A stretch of 64,000 bases of DNA, from the NCBI RefSeq assembly GCF_009914755.1, contig NC_060931.1; one strand, 5' to 3'. The notes beneath the pieces are model-generated. The model ran no database searches. It worked only from the letters and a program-made list of their open reading frames with translations, and was not told the origin of the DNA. The position numbers and the translations under genes were made by a program. This document shows, one piece after another, positions 45,126-61,129 of the stretch (its first letter is position 1; each line of letters begins with the position of its first letter). Origin of the DNA: the human T2T-CHM13v2.0 reference genome, Homo sapiens.

Positions 45126-47231
45126 TACAGCGAACACTATTAAATTAAATAATGACTAATAACTATGGTTCAGGCCAGTTCTTCAAAATGGACACTACAC
45201 ATCAGGTAAACCCCATTAGTAAATTATTTTCTGGGATTAAAAAAGATAACCCACTGCCGTAAGATTTTGCACACGTCTCCAAATATGATCACTCTGACTT
45301 CTATGAAGTCAAATAAACTCTGAGATCCTGGCTGAATTCTATTCAGACAAATCAATTCCTCTGTTTAGATGATATGTCCTTGAAATGTGTAGCCTCGAAA
45401 ACAAAAATATTTAGAAAAATGTGGGCTTTGTTGTGATAATTCTCTTTTACAGAGGAAGGGCTGGAGTACAAGAAACACATAACTTACTCTGATAGAGTTG
45501 ACGCATGCTTTGAATTTTGAGTGCTTTATCTCTATTCTTAATATAGACTATTGATAGGTATTCCCAAATTTATTTGCTAGCTAGCTGTGTAAATAGAAAA
45601 TACTACATTCCTCCCAGAATACCGGATTTTAAAATTAGAAAGCTCTTCTCCACCTGCCTTCCCACCCAGCCATCCCCCTTCAAAAAAGAAAAAAGGGACC
45701 AAAATTATTACTTCAGTACCTGTCTGTCAACTTCAGAGTGAAGGAAAAGAGGAAGCAATCAATGTGACACCAAGTAAATGGTTCATGCCCCCAAACATCA
45801 ACCGAGTCCCCCATGTGTGTAACGTATAGTTTAGATTGGCATATCAGACTTAAACAAACCGGAGATCTTAATGGGTATTAAGTTTTACAATAATTTCAAG
45901 GACAAAAGTAATCAACAGACTCAGACACAGCAGAAAGATCAAGGGCTTTAAGGGCAGTTCTCCAAGTCCTATCTTCCCATGCGAAACATGGACTTCTGGC
46001 CCAGAATAATAGATGAAATCTCTAAAAGTGAAGTCTCCAGGGTTACCTCCTATTGCAGCAGGAGTCTTTAATTGTGAAACATCTCCATTTAATATCCTAG
46101 AGAATTGTAGAACTTACATGGCATTCTCCAAGATGACATGCCTCATAGATTCTAAAGTCTTTCAAATAATTCATTAGCCAGGGAACAGTACCACTCTCAG
46201 ACTCAGCCAAGCAGGGACCCTGACCTAGGACCAGCTCCTCAGGTGGTCCTGGAGGGCTCTATGCTTTGAAATCCCTTCACTGAAATGTTCTAAGTCCTCC
46301 TCTACAATTTTGTACTGTCCGAAGTTAGCTTCTCAGGCATGGTACCCTGAAACCTCACACCCCTCCAGCAGAGTGCCTTCAAACCTGTTCCTGCATGGAT
46401 CCTGGTCACCAGAAGCACCTGCCTCAAAATTTTCAGAGTCTCTCTCTGATCACCAGGGCTGGCTTAGACCAACTGTGCTATCTCATCAAGGTGTTACTTC
46501 CCAGCACCAGATCCTAAGTGGGTCACGTTGCCAGAAATACTGTCCTCAAAAATGTCCGAGTTCCCCTCTGGTAGTTGGAACTTCCTGGAGTTGGTAGTGC
46601 TTTGTAGTTAGGGTGCCACATGTGCTGTGCTTTCCATTTCTTCTCTTTGAGGCACTCTCTGATCCTCTATATTATACGTGAAATTGACCAGTTGCCTGGA
46701 AGAACTCTGGGACTTGCATCTTTGATATTGCTGTGTGGTTCAAGGGCACGGTTCTAATTCAAGAAAATCAGCATTAAAAGCAGATTACTCCCAATAGAAA
46801 GCCCTAATATTTCTTTTATTAGATCTCATGAGATTCAGTCATAGAATGTGCTTACACACAGATTTTTTTGTGGTTCTCACTCATGTCAGACAGAGGACAA
46901 GTTCAGGACTCCGGATTTCTGAAAGTTCAACACAAACCCTTGGGGATAAGCCATTTGTTTGGGCCTGTATTATCAGCTCTCACCTGTGCATGTACTGACA
47001 GTGGTGCTCCCTATAGTTTTAGTACCCAAGAGTGGTGGAGGTGGTGGCAGGCATCCCTTACCCTGTGTACCTCCCCTCTAGTGCTAGCACTCAAGGCAAT
47101 CACTCTACCTCTTCAGCAGGCTCCACACTTCCAAGGTGGCCACATCTATCTCTTCTAAGGATTTTTTTCAAGCATTGCTTTGCAACACCAGTGGGCAATT
47201 TTAATTAATGACCTGTCTTACCTCCAATTAA

Positions 47232-47572
<341 letters not shown>

Positions 47573-49083
47573 TTCTCCAGGGTCAGTCTTAAGCAGATCT
47601 GGACAAAGGACAAATATCCCTTGTACAAATGAGATCCTTCTTTTTGCTCTGCCCATGAGTCCCTTGCTTTTTACTTACTGTTGTTGGCGAGTGGAAAGCA
47701 GAGATGTTATCAACATTGAAAGACATTACGTCATAGGAACGCAGTGATGATTGCCTGAAGAGTTTAACATGGTTGGAATATGTTCTTCTATATTTATGCT
47801 ATAACATTCTAAATAATACATTTAACATAACCAGAAAATATGTTATTATTCATATTTTCTTGCATACACTGTGAAAGACTTACATTTGTGGTCATCACCC
47901 CCAAAGCACAGTAATAACATTTGAGACAGTCCTTAGAATTCCATATTCATGGGTGGTATGATGGAGAATGCAGCACCCTGAGTAATAACATAATCGTCAC
48001 TAACAAGATGGCATTAGGGAACTATAGAACCAAGAAGATCAGTGGTGTTTCAATACAAATAGGTTTGAAGATCCATGACATTGTGAATAATAACAGTAAA
48101 GCTACATTTTTCTTGTGGTAGAAAATATAAAATTTGCCAAGAAGGACACATTTGACAAGAAAGCACATGAAGAACATGGCTCCTGGAATTGAACAAAAAG
48201 AAAAGATGACTGGGCATTATAAAATATTATAATGTGCTCTGATCAGAAAATAAGCAAATATTTCAGTACCACTTCTCTGCTCATTATTATACATTTTCGT
48301 CAATATATCTCTATATTTTACATATATGTATTAATTTTGTAATACATTATATATTGAATCAAATTGTTTGTACACCCCCAGTGCATCTCCAGAAAATATT
48401 TACCTGGGGCTTCAAATGCCCTAGGGGCAGTCCTGTAGGGAACATCCTCATAGGAATACTAAACAGATAAAGTCTCTTTTCCTTGGGTAATATTATTACT
48501 CTATATACTCTAGGTTCCAGTTGACAAAGAGATTTGATGGGATCACCTGCCTTTTTTTCTTTCCCCTTGGGATATCACACAGAATAGAACACAAACAAAA
48601 CACAGATCAGCTGCTTCAATTCCTTTAATTTTGCAAAGAACCCCTTAAAACACTGCCTATGTTTGGATTCCCACTTCACTCCTTACTAGCTGCATGACAT
48701 CAGTTATTTAACCTCTTTATGTTTCAATGAACAGTACTTATTACATGTAAAGCATTCATATGTTTCACAAATATTTATTGAACACTCACTATATACCACA
48801 TAATTGTCTAGGTGGTTGAGAAACATCAGTAACAAAAGCAAAGATTCATATCTTTACGAAAATTCTTCGGAACTTCTTCCCATCATCATAGCCTTTTTCC
48901 TATATGCTTTGTAAGTTTTTTCATCTTTAAAGAAAATTCTGCTTAAAACGCAAATATTCTACATGGAAAATACAGTTACACATACCAAACAAGAGCCTAA
49001 TTATTAGTAAGTATCCAAGTAAAGCTCAGTTGGTAACTAAAACCACAATAATGAGATGCTGGTCAAGTCTCATCAGGTTGGGG

Positions 49084-49267
49084 CAGTGGTGCACGAGTAA
49101 ACTGGTGCAAAAGAAAAGTTTTCATGTGTAGATTTTGCTGATTTCTATGAAATATTCCCAGTGTGGCCATTTTCAGGTTACCAACAGTAGCTTGCAACCA
49201 GCTTGCAAAATTCCTGAATTTTTAACAATCAGCTCAACAGTATAAGTTGGTCTCAGCTTATCAACTG
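49084..49267 (-). mobile_element. MER63-like (hAT-Blackjack) element
   Basis: cagtggtg start; gcaaaattcctgaatttttaacaatcagctc. Confidence 0.65.
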
Positions 49268-49696
49268 GGTTGGGAAGAAGTGGGCAGTAGGATCAAAGCA
49301 AAGCAGACAGAAAGGAGAGCCAGCAGAAAGGTAGACATTATGTCAAGGAAATTTTGTCCTATACACAAAAACACATAGACTGGGTTCTGGTCTTCTCCAT
49401 GCCTTTGCATTCCACACACAGATGAGTTTTTAAATTTGCTAATAAAAGCATTCAATGTTATTTAGAAAAAATAATAGCTAAAGCAATCCGCTGACCTTAG
49501 CCTTAACAAAAGCACTAATTAACCACCTAGTAAAATAATGTCAAAAGAAGGTAATATTCATCCAATTTAAATAAAGTGGTAATCCTAATGTATTTCAGCA
49601 CTAGTGAGAGTGTATCTGACATATTTTGACTACTTTGGACATAATATTCATACACAGGTACACACAAATGTATACACACATAGCAAACATCACAAA

Positions 49697-49957
49697 GCAT
49701 TTACCATATGCCAGGAACCATCTTAAGAATGAATACAACTTCTATGAGGGCAAGGATATTTATTTTAGCCATTGATGTTTCTCAACCATCTAAAAGACTG
49801 TGTGATTCATGGTATATAAATATTCAATAAATATTTGGTAAACAAATGAATGCTTTACTTATAATAACTAATCTGAGGCAAAAAAAAGGTTCAAATAACT
49901 GTCCAAGTTCATGCAGCTACTAAGAAGGGGAACTGGAATTCAAACACAGGCAGTCTT
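49697..49957. mobile_element. MIR (minus) interrupted by an L2 3' end (plus, about 49732-49852)
   Basis: atgagggcaagga...ttcaataaatatttggtaaacaaatgaatg inside MIR-like flanks ending ctggaattcaaacacaggcagtct. Confidence 0.6.
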
Positions 49958-50049
49958 TTAAGGGGTCTTTGCAAAACTAAAGACTAGAAAGAGGAAGAGA
50001 AACAAGTGTGAGTTGCCAGAAATTTAAATGGTAGAATGGTTAGCAGATC

Positions 50050-50408
50050 TAAGACCATTTAGTTTAGAAGAGACAAAACTCAAGTTAGAATTGTTTTGAC
50101 CTAGTGAAATATTACTTGTTTTGATAATATTGCCCAGTACCTCAGGGTACTACCTGGAATAGGAAGTGAGACAAAGAGGAATCTAATATAATAGATTCCA
50201 GTGAGTCAGAATTTCAATTCAAAATAAGAAGTTTCTGGGAATTATCACTGTCCAACAATGCAGTAGAACAGAGAACAAACAAGTGACCTAACCTCTCCCG
50301 ACTCCTTTCATGGAAAAGTATTCAGGCAGGGGACAAAGACATGGTCCTTGCGTGAAGTGGGAAGTTAGACTACATGGCCTCTAGGATTTTCCCAGTTCTA
50401 AGATTCCT
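50050..50408 (+). mobile_element. CR1/L3 LINE 3' end
   Basis: gaatttcaattcaaaataagaag...gtattcaggcag...gttagactacatggcctctagg...ttctaagattc. Confidence 0.55.
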
Positions 50409-50427
50409 TGTTTAAAATAGGGACAAT

Positions 50428-51914
50428 AATTCAATAAATAAGTCATGAAGCATCTTTGCCATTTCATCTACAACTAAACCACAAATAGGCTTAAATATAT
50501 GAGAACATTTTGATATATTTGTCTGGTTTGAAACTGTTCTATTTTTTAAATCAAAATGAAACTCAACAATTAGACATAGACTAATAACTGGAGAGAATAA
50601 CGTTTGCAAATCAACCCCACCTATAAAGTCTCCAAATCATCGCATATTCAATAGCATCTAAAATTTTAACCTAACTAATATTTCAGGAAGTACATAAATT
50701 CAATAAGAAATGTTTTTAATCAGTCATTTATTCATTAACATGTCTCCAAGGTATGGAAATTAGAAGAGGTTTTCTTACAAAGATCAAGGGGTAATATCCC
50801 ATGGTAGCAGGTCAATGCATACATATGAGTTTCTTATTTCTCAGTGGATCCTTCAGAAAAATGCATTGAGTACCAAGTTGTAATGTAGAGGTTATGCATA
50901 AAGCTACTGAAAATGATTCATTATACTCTCAAGCATTAGCCTTGGGGAGCCTGGCATATGATAAATAATAAGAGCATTCTATGGAAAAAAACCTAGAGCA
51001 CTTTTTGTAGTCAGAATCTCCTCTGGTGATTTGATTTTTATTTTTGGATGTTCTTTTGGTACCATTAAGGCCAGGATCTCTGTACCCTTATGCAAGTTAG
51101 AAAAAGGTCCCTCTTGGGGAGACCAACTCCAAAACACAACTCTTCCTCTGACTATCTTCCCCTTTCCCCTTCCGATGGTCATGACTTGGCAAACAGAGTC
51201 TGAAGTAGGTCCTTAAGCCTCAGCCAGGCACCCTTATGAGGGTATGATCTAAATAAGTATTTGTGGAAGCCTAGGTTCTTAGTCTATTTGTGCTGCCATA
51301 ACAAAATACCACAGAATGGGTAATTTATAAATAATAGAAATTTATTTCTCATAGTTCTGAAGGCTGGGAAGTCTGAGAGCAAGGTATCAGATGGTGAGAG
51401 CCTTGTGTCTCTGCTTCTAAGACGGTGTCTTGTTGCTACAACCTCTGCAGGGAAGGAGCACTATGTCCTAACATAGGAGAAGGGTAAAATGGGGTTCCTC
51501 CACCAAACCCTTTTATAAGGGCACTGAATCCCATTCATGAGGGTGGAGCCCTATTCAATCACTAAGCCCCCCTAAAGGCCACACCTCTTAATACTGTTGC
51601 ACTGGGGATTAAGTTTCAACATGAATTTCAGAGGGAACAAAATCATTCAAACCATAGCATCTAGCTAGATATTTAACCATAGAATGGTCCTGACTCTGAA
51701 GAGTAGATTTAAAATAAAAGTTTAAAGAAAAACAGCCTAAACCAATTCATTAACTCTCCTATGCATCACTAGGACCACCTAACAAATGGGAACATCCCAG
51801 AATCTATCAAAATGTTATCACGTATATATCAAAATGTTCTCATATATTTAAGCCTATTTGTGGTTTAGTGGTAGATGAGATGGCAAAGATGCTTCATGAC
51901 TTATTTATTGAATT
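50428..51914. repeat. 91-bp dispersed inverted repeat (arms 50428-50518 and 51824-51914)
   Basis: Base-by-base comparison gives 89/91 identity in reverse complement. Confidence 0.95.
51275..51659 (-). mobile_element. MST (MSTD-like) MaLR solo LTR
   Basis: ctgccataacaaaataccacag...ctctgcttctaagacggtgtcttgttgct...ttcaaaccatagca; TSD cctag/tctag. Confidence 0.85.
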
Positions 51915-53099
51915 CATCCCAGTGAATCTCCAAATAATTATTTTTTACATTCCATTATCAAACCTAGAACTTCTCACAACTGGTGAAAACTCAAAAATTG
52001 GCCAGGTGCAAACTACTTTTGCTCAGGATTAAGGCTACTTTTGCCTTTTAATCCCAATAGCTGACTTGCTCTACTGGAGTTGAGGTAATCCAAATTTACT
52101 ACTGATTTTTTTATTTTTCTTTCAAACCTCATTTTTTGGTCTTTTCTTGATCTTGAGTACTAATGATACTCCAGATATTGTTTGGACCACACCTTCCAGA
52201 CCTTAACCTTCCTTCATGCTCCTGATAATTAATCAATTATTTAATCTTTCAACCACTATTCATTAAGCATATGCTTGGCACTGGGCTATGTTAGGAACAC
52301 AAAAATAATTAGGATGAATTTCTTACCCCCAAAAAGCTGACTGACCAGTAGAGCATTCCTGAAAATAAATATTTTGATAAGTATTAAAATACAATCTGAT
52401 AAGGTCAAAAATAGAAATAATTAATCATGCAGAAAATGAAACTGAAGCCCAAAGAGAATTTGGTCACCTGCTGAAGTGACAGAACTGAGGCCAGAACCCA
52501 GGTCTCCTGACCCTAATCTGGTGCTGTAATCACTACTTTCTGATAGCACAGTTGTTTCTATTTGGTTAATTTACTGATTAAGTAATTCCTTCATTTTCTC
52601 AGAAAGTATACTTTCTGAACAAAACTACAGATTATTGTAGCAAGAAAACTATGAAATCAACATAGAAATTGTAAACCCAGAATTTGCAAATTAAATGAGG
52701 AAGCACAGAGAAAGAGAAAACAAGGAAAACTAGAAATGAAGAATTAAAATACAATATAACTTTATAAAATGAATGGATCAGATTACATTGCATAAATTTT
52801 CCACACCTTTGCCTACAGTTTGTGACATTCACAGCATACTATTAACCAGGGTTTTCTATTTGACAGATATTATAATAGGTCATGTTGAGCACCTAAATTT
52901 GCACATGCATTTCTTATTTTGACATTAAGTATTTTTCTTTTATGTGCCATGAAGACATAGGAATACTTTGTACATTTTATAATTGTAAACATAGTTCCAT
53001 TTAAAAGTAACAAAAAGTATCATATTTTTTCAGAGTTCAGTTTTTGCAAAGTTCATATTAATTTGAGCCCCTATTTGGTTAATGACCTTTACCTTTTAA

Positions 53100-53830
53100 C
53101 TGGTCAACCAAACCAGAAATAGAGAAAAGTCATCAGATCATCTCTGGGCACATCTCCAGATCCCATCAACTATGTGGATCCCCATTTGAAACAACCCCCT
53201 ACACTTCAACTAACACAGCTTTTATATAATTTTCACCTAGGCTATGGCAACTGCCTCCTAAAATGCCTTTCCATCTCTGGCCTTGAACTCCTCCACTATG
53301 TTGCTACAAAGAGTAATTTTATACAAAACAAGTCTCCAGGACTTAAATCCCTTTATTGGTTTCCACTTGCTAAAACAAAACAAAACAAAACAAAACAAAA
53401 CAACAACAAAAAAAAACAGTTCAATCTTCTGTATATGTTCTTCTTGACTTTACCTCTGTCTGCTTTTCCAACTTAATCTCCCCCGCTATCTTCTTGAACT
53501 CAATTTCTAGCCATAAAATCTACTTAAATTTCTTCTAAATTTACCATCTTTGAGAACTCATGCTTATTTACATCCTGTTTCTTTTCATTAAAATGACATT
53601 CTTAACCTTACTTTCCTAACAAACATCCATTTTTTCTTGCTTATCTTGGTGTATACCATTATTGTAGCATTCTTTAAATGAATACCGCTTACTTGTTGCC
53701 AAATATTTCTTCCCTGTTAGCTTATGAAATTGTAATGCAAGAAATGTGACTTGTGCATCACTGCATTCCCATATTTTAGTATAAGGTATGAAACAGAGCA
53801 CCCAACAAGTGGTAGTTAAATTCAACACAC
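53100..53830 (+). mobile_element. L2 fragment containing (AAAAC)n at about 53372-53417
   Basis: tttcacctaggctatggcaactgcctcctaa...ctgcattcccat...acagagcacc. Confidence 0.6.
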
Positions 53831-53915
53831 AAATATTAGAGTGATTCTAGGGAAGACTGGACTTTTTAGAGTTTGAGCATTTGAAAAACCATATCAGAGA
53901 TAGGAAAGAACTAGG

Positions 53916-54392
53916 TGTTCTGGATTGTCTGTTGACACCCTGATACAACTTCTACTATTCCCATTCAAGTCTGAAAACTTTGTTTCACAAAATTCTCTCC
54001 CTGTGTGTTATTAGATTAAAATTTGCCAATGAGAGGACTTCATAAATTATTTGGAAGGCAGAAGTGAAACAGAAGCCATTATTCTAAGGAAACTGTGGAA
54101 ATCAAACATGATGACTCCAGTCACTGTGGTACTTCCACAGACCTCTCACGGGCTCCCACCTTGTGGTTTCACAAACGTCCTATAAGCTTTTTTACTCATG
54201 CCAGTGCCAGAGCTTAATAATGATGTGATTAATGGAAGTCTCTCTGATCCTCCAGTTGCAGGCCTCCAGACAAATCTCCACCAGCTACACACAAATTTGT
54301 GTACACATGAATTCTTACTTATAAATTTGATTTACGCTTATTTCTGTCATCCTTGTAGTCCCTCAGCTTTTCTGAACAAACCCAGACTGACA
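53916..54392 (+). mobile_element. ERV-L-class 5' LTR (LTR41/LTR33-like)
   Basis: gccaatgagagg...atttggaaggcagaagtgaaacagaagccattattct; ends aacccagactgaca and is followed directly by ERV-L leader. Confidence 0.65.
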
Positions 54393-54600
54393 TCGCTTTT
54401 GGCACTAAAGTGGATCCAGGGGTACAGAATATTAAAGATGGGAATCTGGAATTGGTTCTAAAATGTGATTAGATTTAAAAGCACTAATAACCTCATTGCC
54501 AGTAATAAATAGGATACTTATAGACCATGATATTTGAAAACTAATTTCTTGCATTATCACCTGGAGTTACCTGGAGTTGGATGCCTATGCTTTGGGTGAC

Positions 54601-55299
<699 letters not shown>

Positions 55300-55363
55300 C
55301 ACTAATTTTTTAATTAAAAAATTTATAATCAAAATACAGATTATAAGGACAAAGAGGAAAGAG

Positions 55364-55656
<293 letters not shown>

Positions 55657-56371
55657 GAGGAAAGAGATGGTTGCCTGTTTTAACTGTACTAGAAAAAGCA
55701 AATGATGAGGTCAGGGCTTTCTATTTCTATCTTGAGTTCTGAGTAATGAAAGTGAAATATCTACGACTATCCTGAAAAATATACCTTATAACTTTTAGCT
55801 GCAGGTTTGAAGTTTTTGAAAACGAAACCCAAAGTCTGATACTACATGTGATGAATTAAAATGCAAATCAAATGTATGGCTCCTCAGATTCTCTTACAGT
55901 ACTTTATCTATAACATTGATGGGGAAAGAATGAGACCCTAAAGATTGGGATAGAGCTATTTAGATAAATTGCAATGAACACCCAAATTCCACTCAGTAGA
56001 AACCTACACTGTCAGAGTAAACTCACCTTCCCTTACTGAAGAACCTGTAGACTTATGGAAGAATGCTGACTCTCAAGTGCCACCCCATCAACTCTTTTGC
56101 TTCTAAACCTATAACTGAACTCAAACCTTAAGAAAAATACAAAGTCTAATCCTGGAGGATATACTATACACACAAAAGAATTTTAATATTTTGACAATTT
56201 GTGTTAGTGAAAACTAGAAGAATATCTTTGGGAATTGATTGTAAGAGTGTTAGAACAAGGAGAAAGAAATACACTGTTGGATTCAGCTAGGTTTATTTAT
56301 ATGAGTGCACTAACAAGTAATTTTGGATTCCATATGTTATTTTGAATTGTTAGGAATAAGTCTAATAGCCT

Positions 56372-56440
56372 TGTTTTATTCAGGGTTTCCCAAAGAGACA
56401 AAACCCACAGAAGATTGGTAGATATAAAGATTAGATAGAT

Positions 56441-56488
<48 letters not shown>

Positions 56489-57036
56489 TAAAATTTATTA
56501 GGGGAAATGACTCATGCTGTTATGGATATTAAGTCTCAGGATAATCTGACTGTAAGATGGAGATCCAGGGATGCTTGTAGCATGGCTCAGTCCAAGCCCA
56601 AAGGCTTCAGAACCAAGGAAGACAATGGTATCATTCAGGCCAAGTCCAAAGACCTGAGAACCTAGGGGACCAATGGTGCAAGACGCAGAGTCCAAAGTCC
56701 AGAGCACCTGGAGTTTTTATGTCTCAGGGCAGAGGAAGAAGGGTGTCCCAGCTCCAGGAGAGAAAAGGGGATAGAGAGAGAGGGAGAGAGAGAGAGAGAA
56801 GAGAGAAGAGGGAGAGAATTTGCCTTTCCTCTGTCTTTGTGTTCTATCCAGGCACCCAGCCAAATGGATTGTGCCTGCCTTCATTGAGGAGGAAAAATCT
56901 TCCTCACTCAGTCCATCAACTCACATTCCATTCTTCTTTGGAAATACCCTCTCAAACACACCCAGAAATAATGCCTTACCAATTATCTAGGTATACCTTA
57001 ATCCAGTCAAGTTGACATCTAGAATTAACCATCACA
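56372..57036 (-). mobile_element. MLT2B-type solo LTR nested in ERV-L gag
   Basis: acacacccagaaataatgc...aatccagtcaagttgacatctagaattaaccatcaca; internal (GA)-rich tract at 56757-56817. Confidence 0.88.
56441..56488. repeat. (GATA)12 tetranucleotide STR
   Basis: 12 perfect units preceded by tagatagat. Confidence 0.95.
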
Positions 57037-58352
57037 GGCTTGTCAGCTGATTGACTGTAACTAAGTCCCTGTGGTGGCCAAAGTGATCTGAAGAAGGCAG
57101 TATCCAAAGGCTTAGGGAGACAGGGATGCTAGAGTGGATTTTTTTTGTGTTCCACTACTCATCTACTCCTTCTCGAAGTCTTTCAGAAATACATTCGGGA
57201 GGATTAAACGAGCAACCTTCAAAGGTTCTTTAATGGTTTTTTTTTTTTTTTTTTTTTTTTTGCATGCCAGGAATGACGCTGGGAGAGGTATCAGTGGAAC
57301 AGACTCCTAGAAGACAACGAGAATGGTGGGATTCTGAAGTGGCAGGGGCCATATGATGCAAGTAATAGTTACTGGCACTAATTGACAAGGTCAAGGTGGG
57401 CATTGTTACCATAATACACAACAATCATTGATCTGATAGTAGTCAGGTAGTATGACCTACAGAGATCTTTGTGGCTAAATAATTATATTCTTAGGACTAA
57501 TACAGGTGAACAGCCTACTAAATCAAGTCTACTTTGATTTTTATAAGCAAAATTGTTAGGACTGGTAGATGGAGCCCTGAATTGAATCACTACAATAGAG
57601 TCATGCTCCTTAACCACTTCCCAGACTTGAGTGGTTTGTAGACTCAGAGCAGCTTAAATGAAGAGAAGGTTTGAACCCTTTGAGGAAGGATACTGCCACA
57701 CTGCCAAAAATGTATGTGGTAAAATATCCATTTAGTCTTTTCCGGAAGAACCTGGAACCATTTACCAGGGTGCTTGTGCTTTAGGGAAATAAAAATAACT
57801 GAACATCTTAGGGATTGCTAGACACTGGCTTTGAGCTGACACAAATTCTTGGAGACACAAAACAGCAAAGTGATTCACCATTCAGAAAGGGGATGTACGA
57901 AAGCCAGGCGATTCATGTCATTTTGGCTCAGCCCATCTAGAGTGGGTCCCTCAAGCCACCTTGTAGTCATGTTCCTAGTTCTAAAATGAAAAGTTGGAAT
58001 GGATACACTCAGCAATGTGGGCTTCCACTTGCCAAGGTTAATCTGGCTACATCAATATTGAATGCCCAACCTGCCAACAGTAGAGACAAACTGTGAAGCC
58101 CTGATACAATGGCATTCCAAAGGGTGACCAGATAGCCATCTGAAGGCAAGTTGATTACATTAGCAAATTTCTTTCATGAAAAGGGCAGCCATTTGTTCAT
58201 ACCAAAATAGACATGTATGCTGGATCTGATTTTGCCTTCCCTGCCCAACAGTTTTCTGCTGGTAAAGAGAGCTTAGTTTCCAATCAAATAAGGCCTCTAC
58301 AGGGAGTTAAAACAATGGTTACATTAAACTAGAAGCTAAGAATGCCACCTTG

Positions 58353-60016
<1,664 letters not shown>

Positions 60017-60049
60017 TAGAGCTTGTATACTTGAATTCTTTTCAAATTA

Positions 60050-61125
60050 CCACTTTAATATATGTTTGAAATCAGTGAATACAAAGGTGTACAAGAAAAA
60101 AGTTTATCATCTGTATCATGACACTTCCTCTATTGCACCTTCCTGAGATAAGCCATGTCAACAATATGGTATGTATCTTTCTAAACATTTCACTTAGTTT
60201 ATTAAAACTTACACGAGACTTTGCATGCATAGATACGGTTGGTTTTTTTTAATTCCCTTTGCTTTGTTGCTCATTTTAACATAATAAAATCATACTGCAA
60301 ATAGGATCTGCAACTTTGGCAAAATATTTATGTAGATATAAGTACATATTATTTTTTACTATTTTCCACAATTGAAATCATATTTGACATACTTTCATAC
60401 ATTCTGCTTTTGTCATTCATAAATTCTTTAGATCAATTCCTCCAAGCCAACTGGCATAGCTCTAATTCATTTGTTCATTTAAATAACTAAAATAAATCAT
60501 GGTTTGGATATTTTATAATTTATTTAGGCATTGCCCTAGCACTGAGCAACATATTGCTACATGCCACTAAAACAATGCTAATAAAAACATCCAAAAGAAT
60601 ATCTTTATTTGCTTTTATTTGTGTAGGATAGATATGCAATAATGACCTGTGAATTGTCTAGGGCTAAGACTTTTTATTTTAGTGATTGCTGCCAGGTTGT
60701 TTTCCAAAATAGGTACAACAATTCATATTTCTGTCAGAATATATATGAGTACCCAAGTTTGTTAATATTAATTTTGAAGGTTTGTTGCTTTTGTTTGCAC
60801 TTTCCTAACCATTTATTTAATAATTTTGGTGTGTTTATTGGCCATTTGGTTTTTTGTGAATTGATCACATTTCTAGTGGTTTGCTTCTCTTGTCTGCCTT
60901 GTCTTTATGTTGTCTGTCGGTAAGACTTTTTTGTTTCGTGCGGAAATCTTTATCTCATCTCTCTTTAAAATTTTTTTGTATTGTACAGAGATGTACCCCT
61001 TACTTCCCATCTAGGCTACAAATAGATAGTTCTGCAATCTGTTTTTTTTAATCGATTTTGTCCGTTGTACTTTTTGCCATACAAAAGTTTTATGTTTTTA
61101 CATGCTCAAACATTTTCAATCATAC
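60050..61125 (-). mobile_element. Very old L1M 3' region
   Basis: T-rich antisense L1-like text (gattgctgccaggttgttttccaaaatagg...tttattggccattt). Confidence 0.55.
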
Positions 61126-61129
61126 AGCT

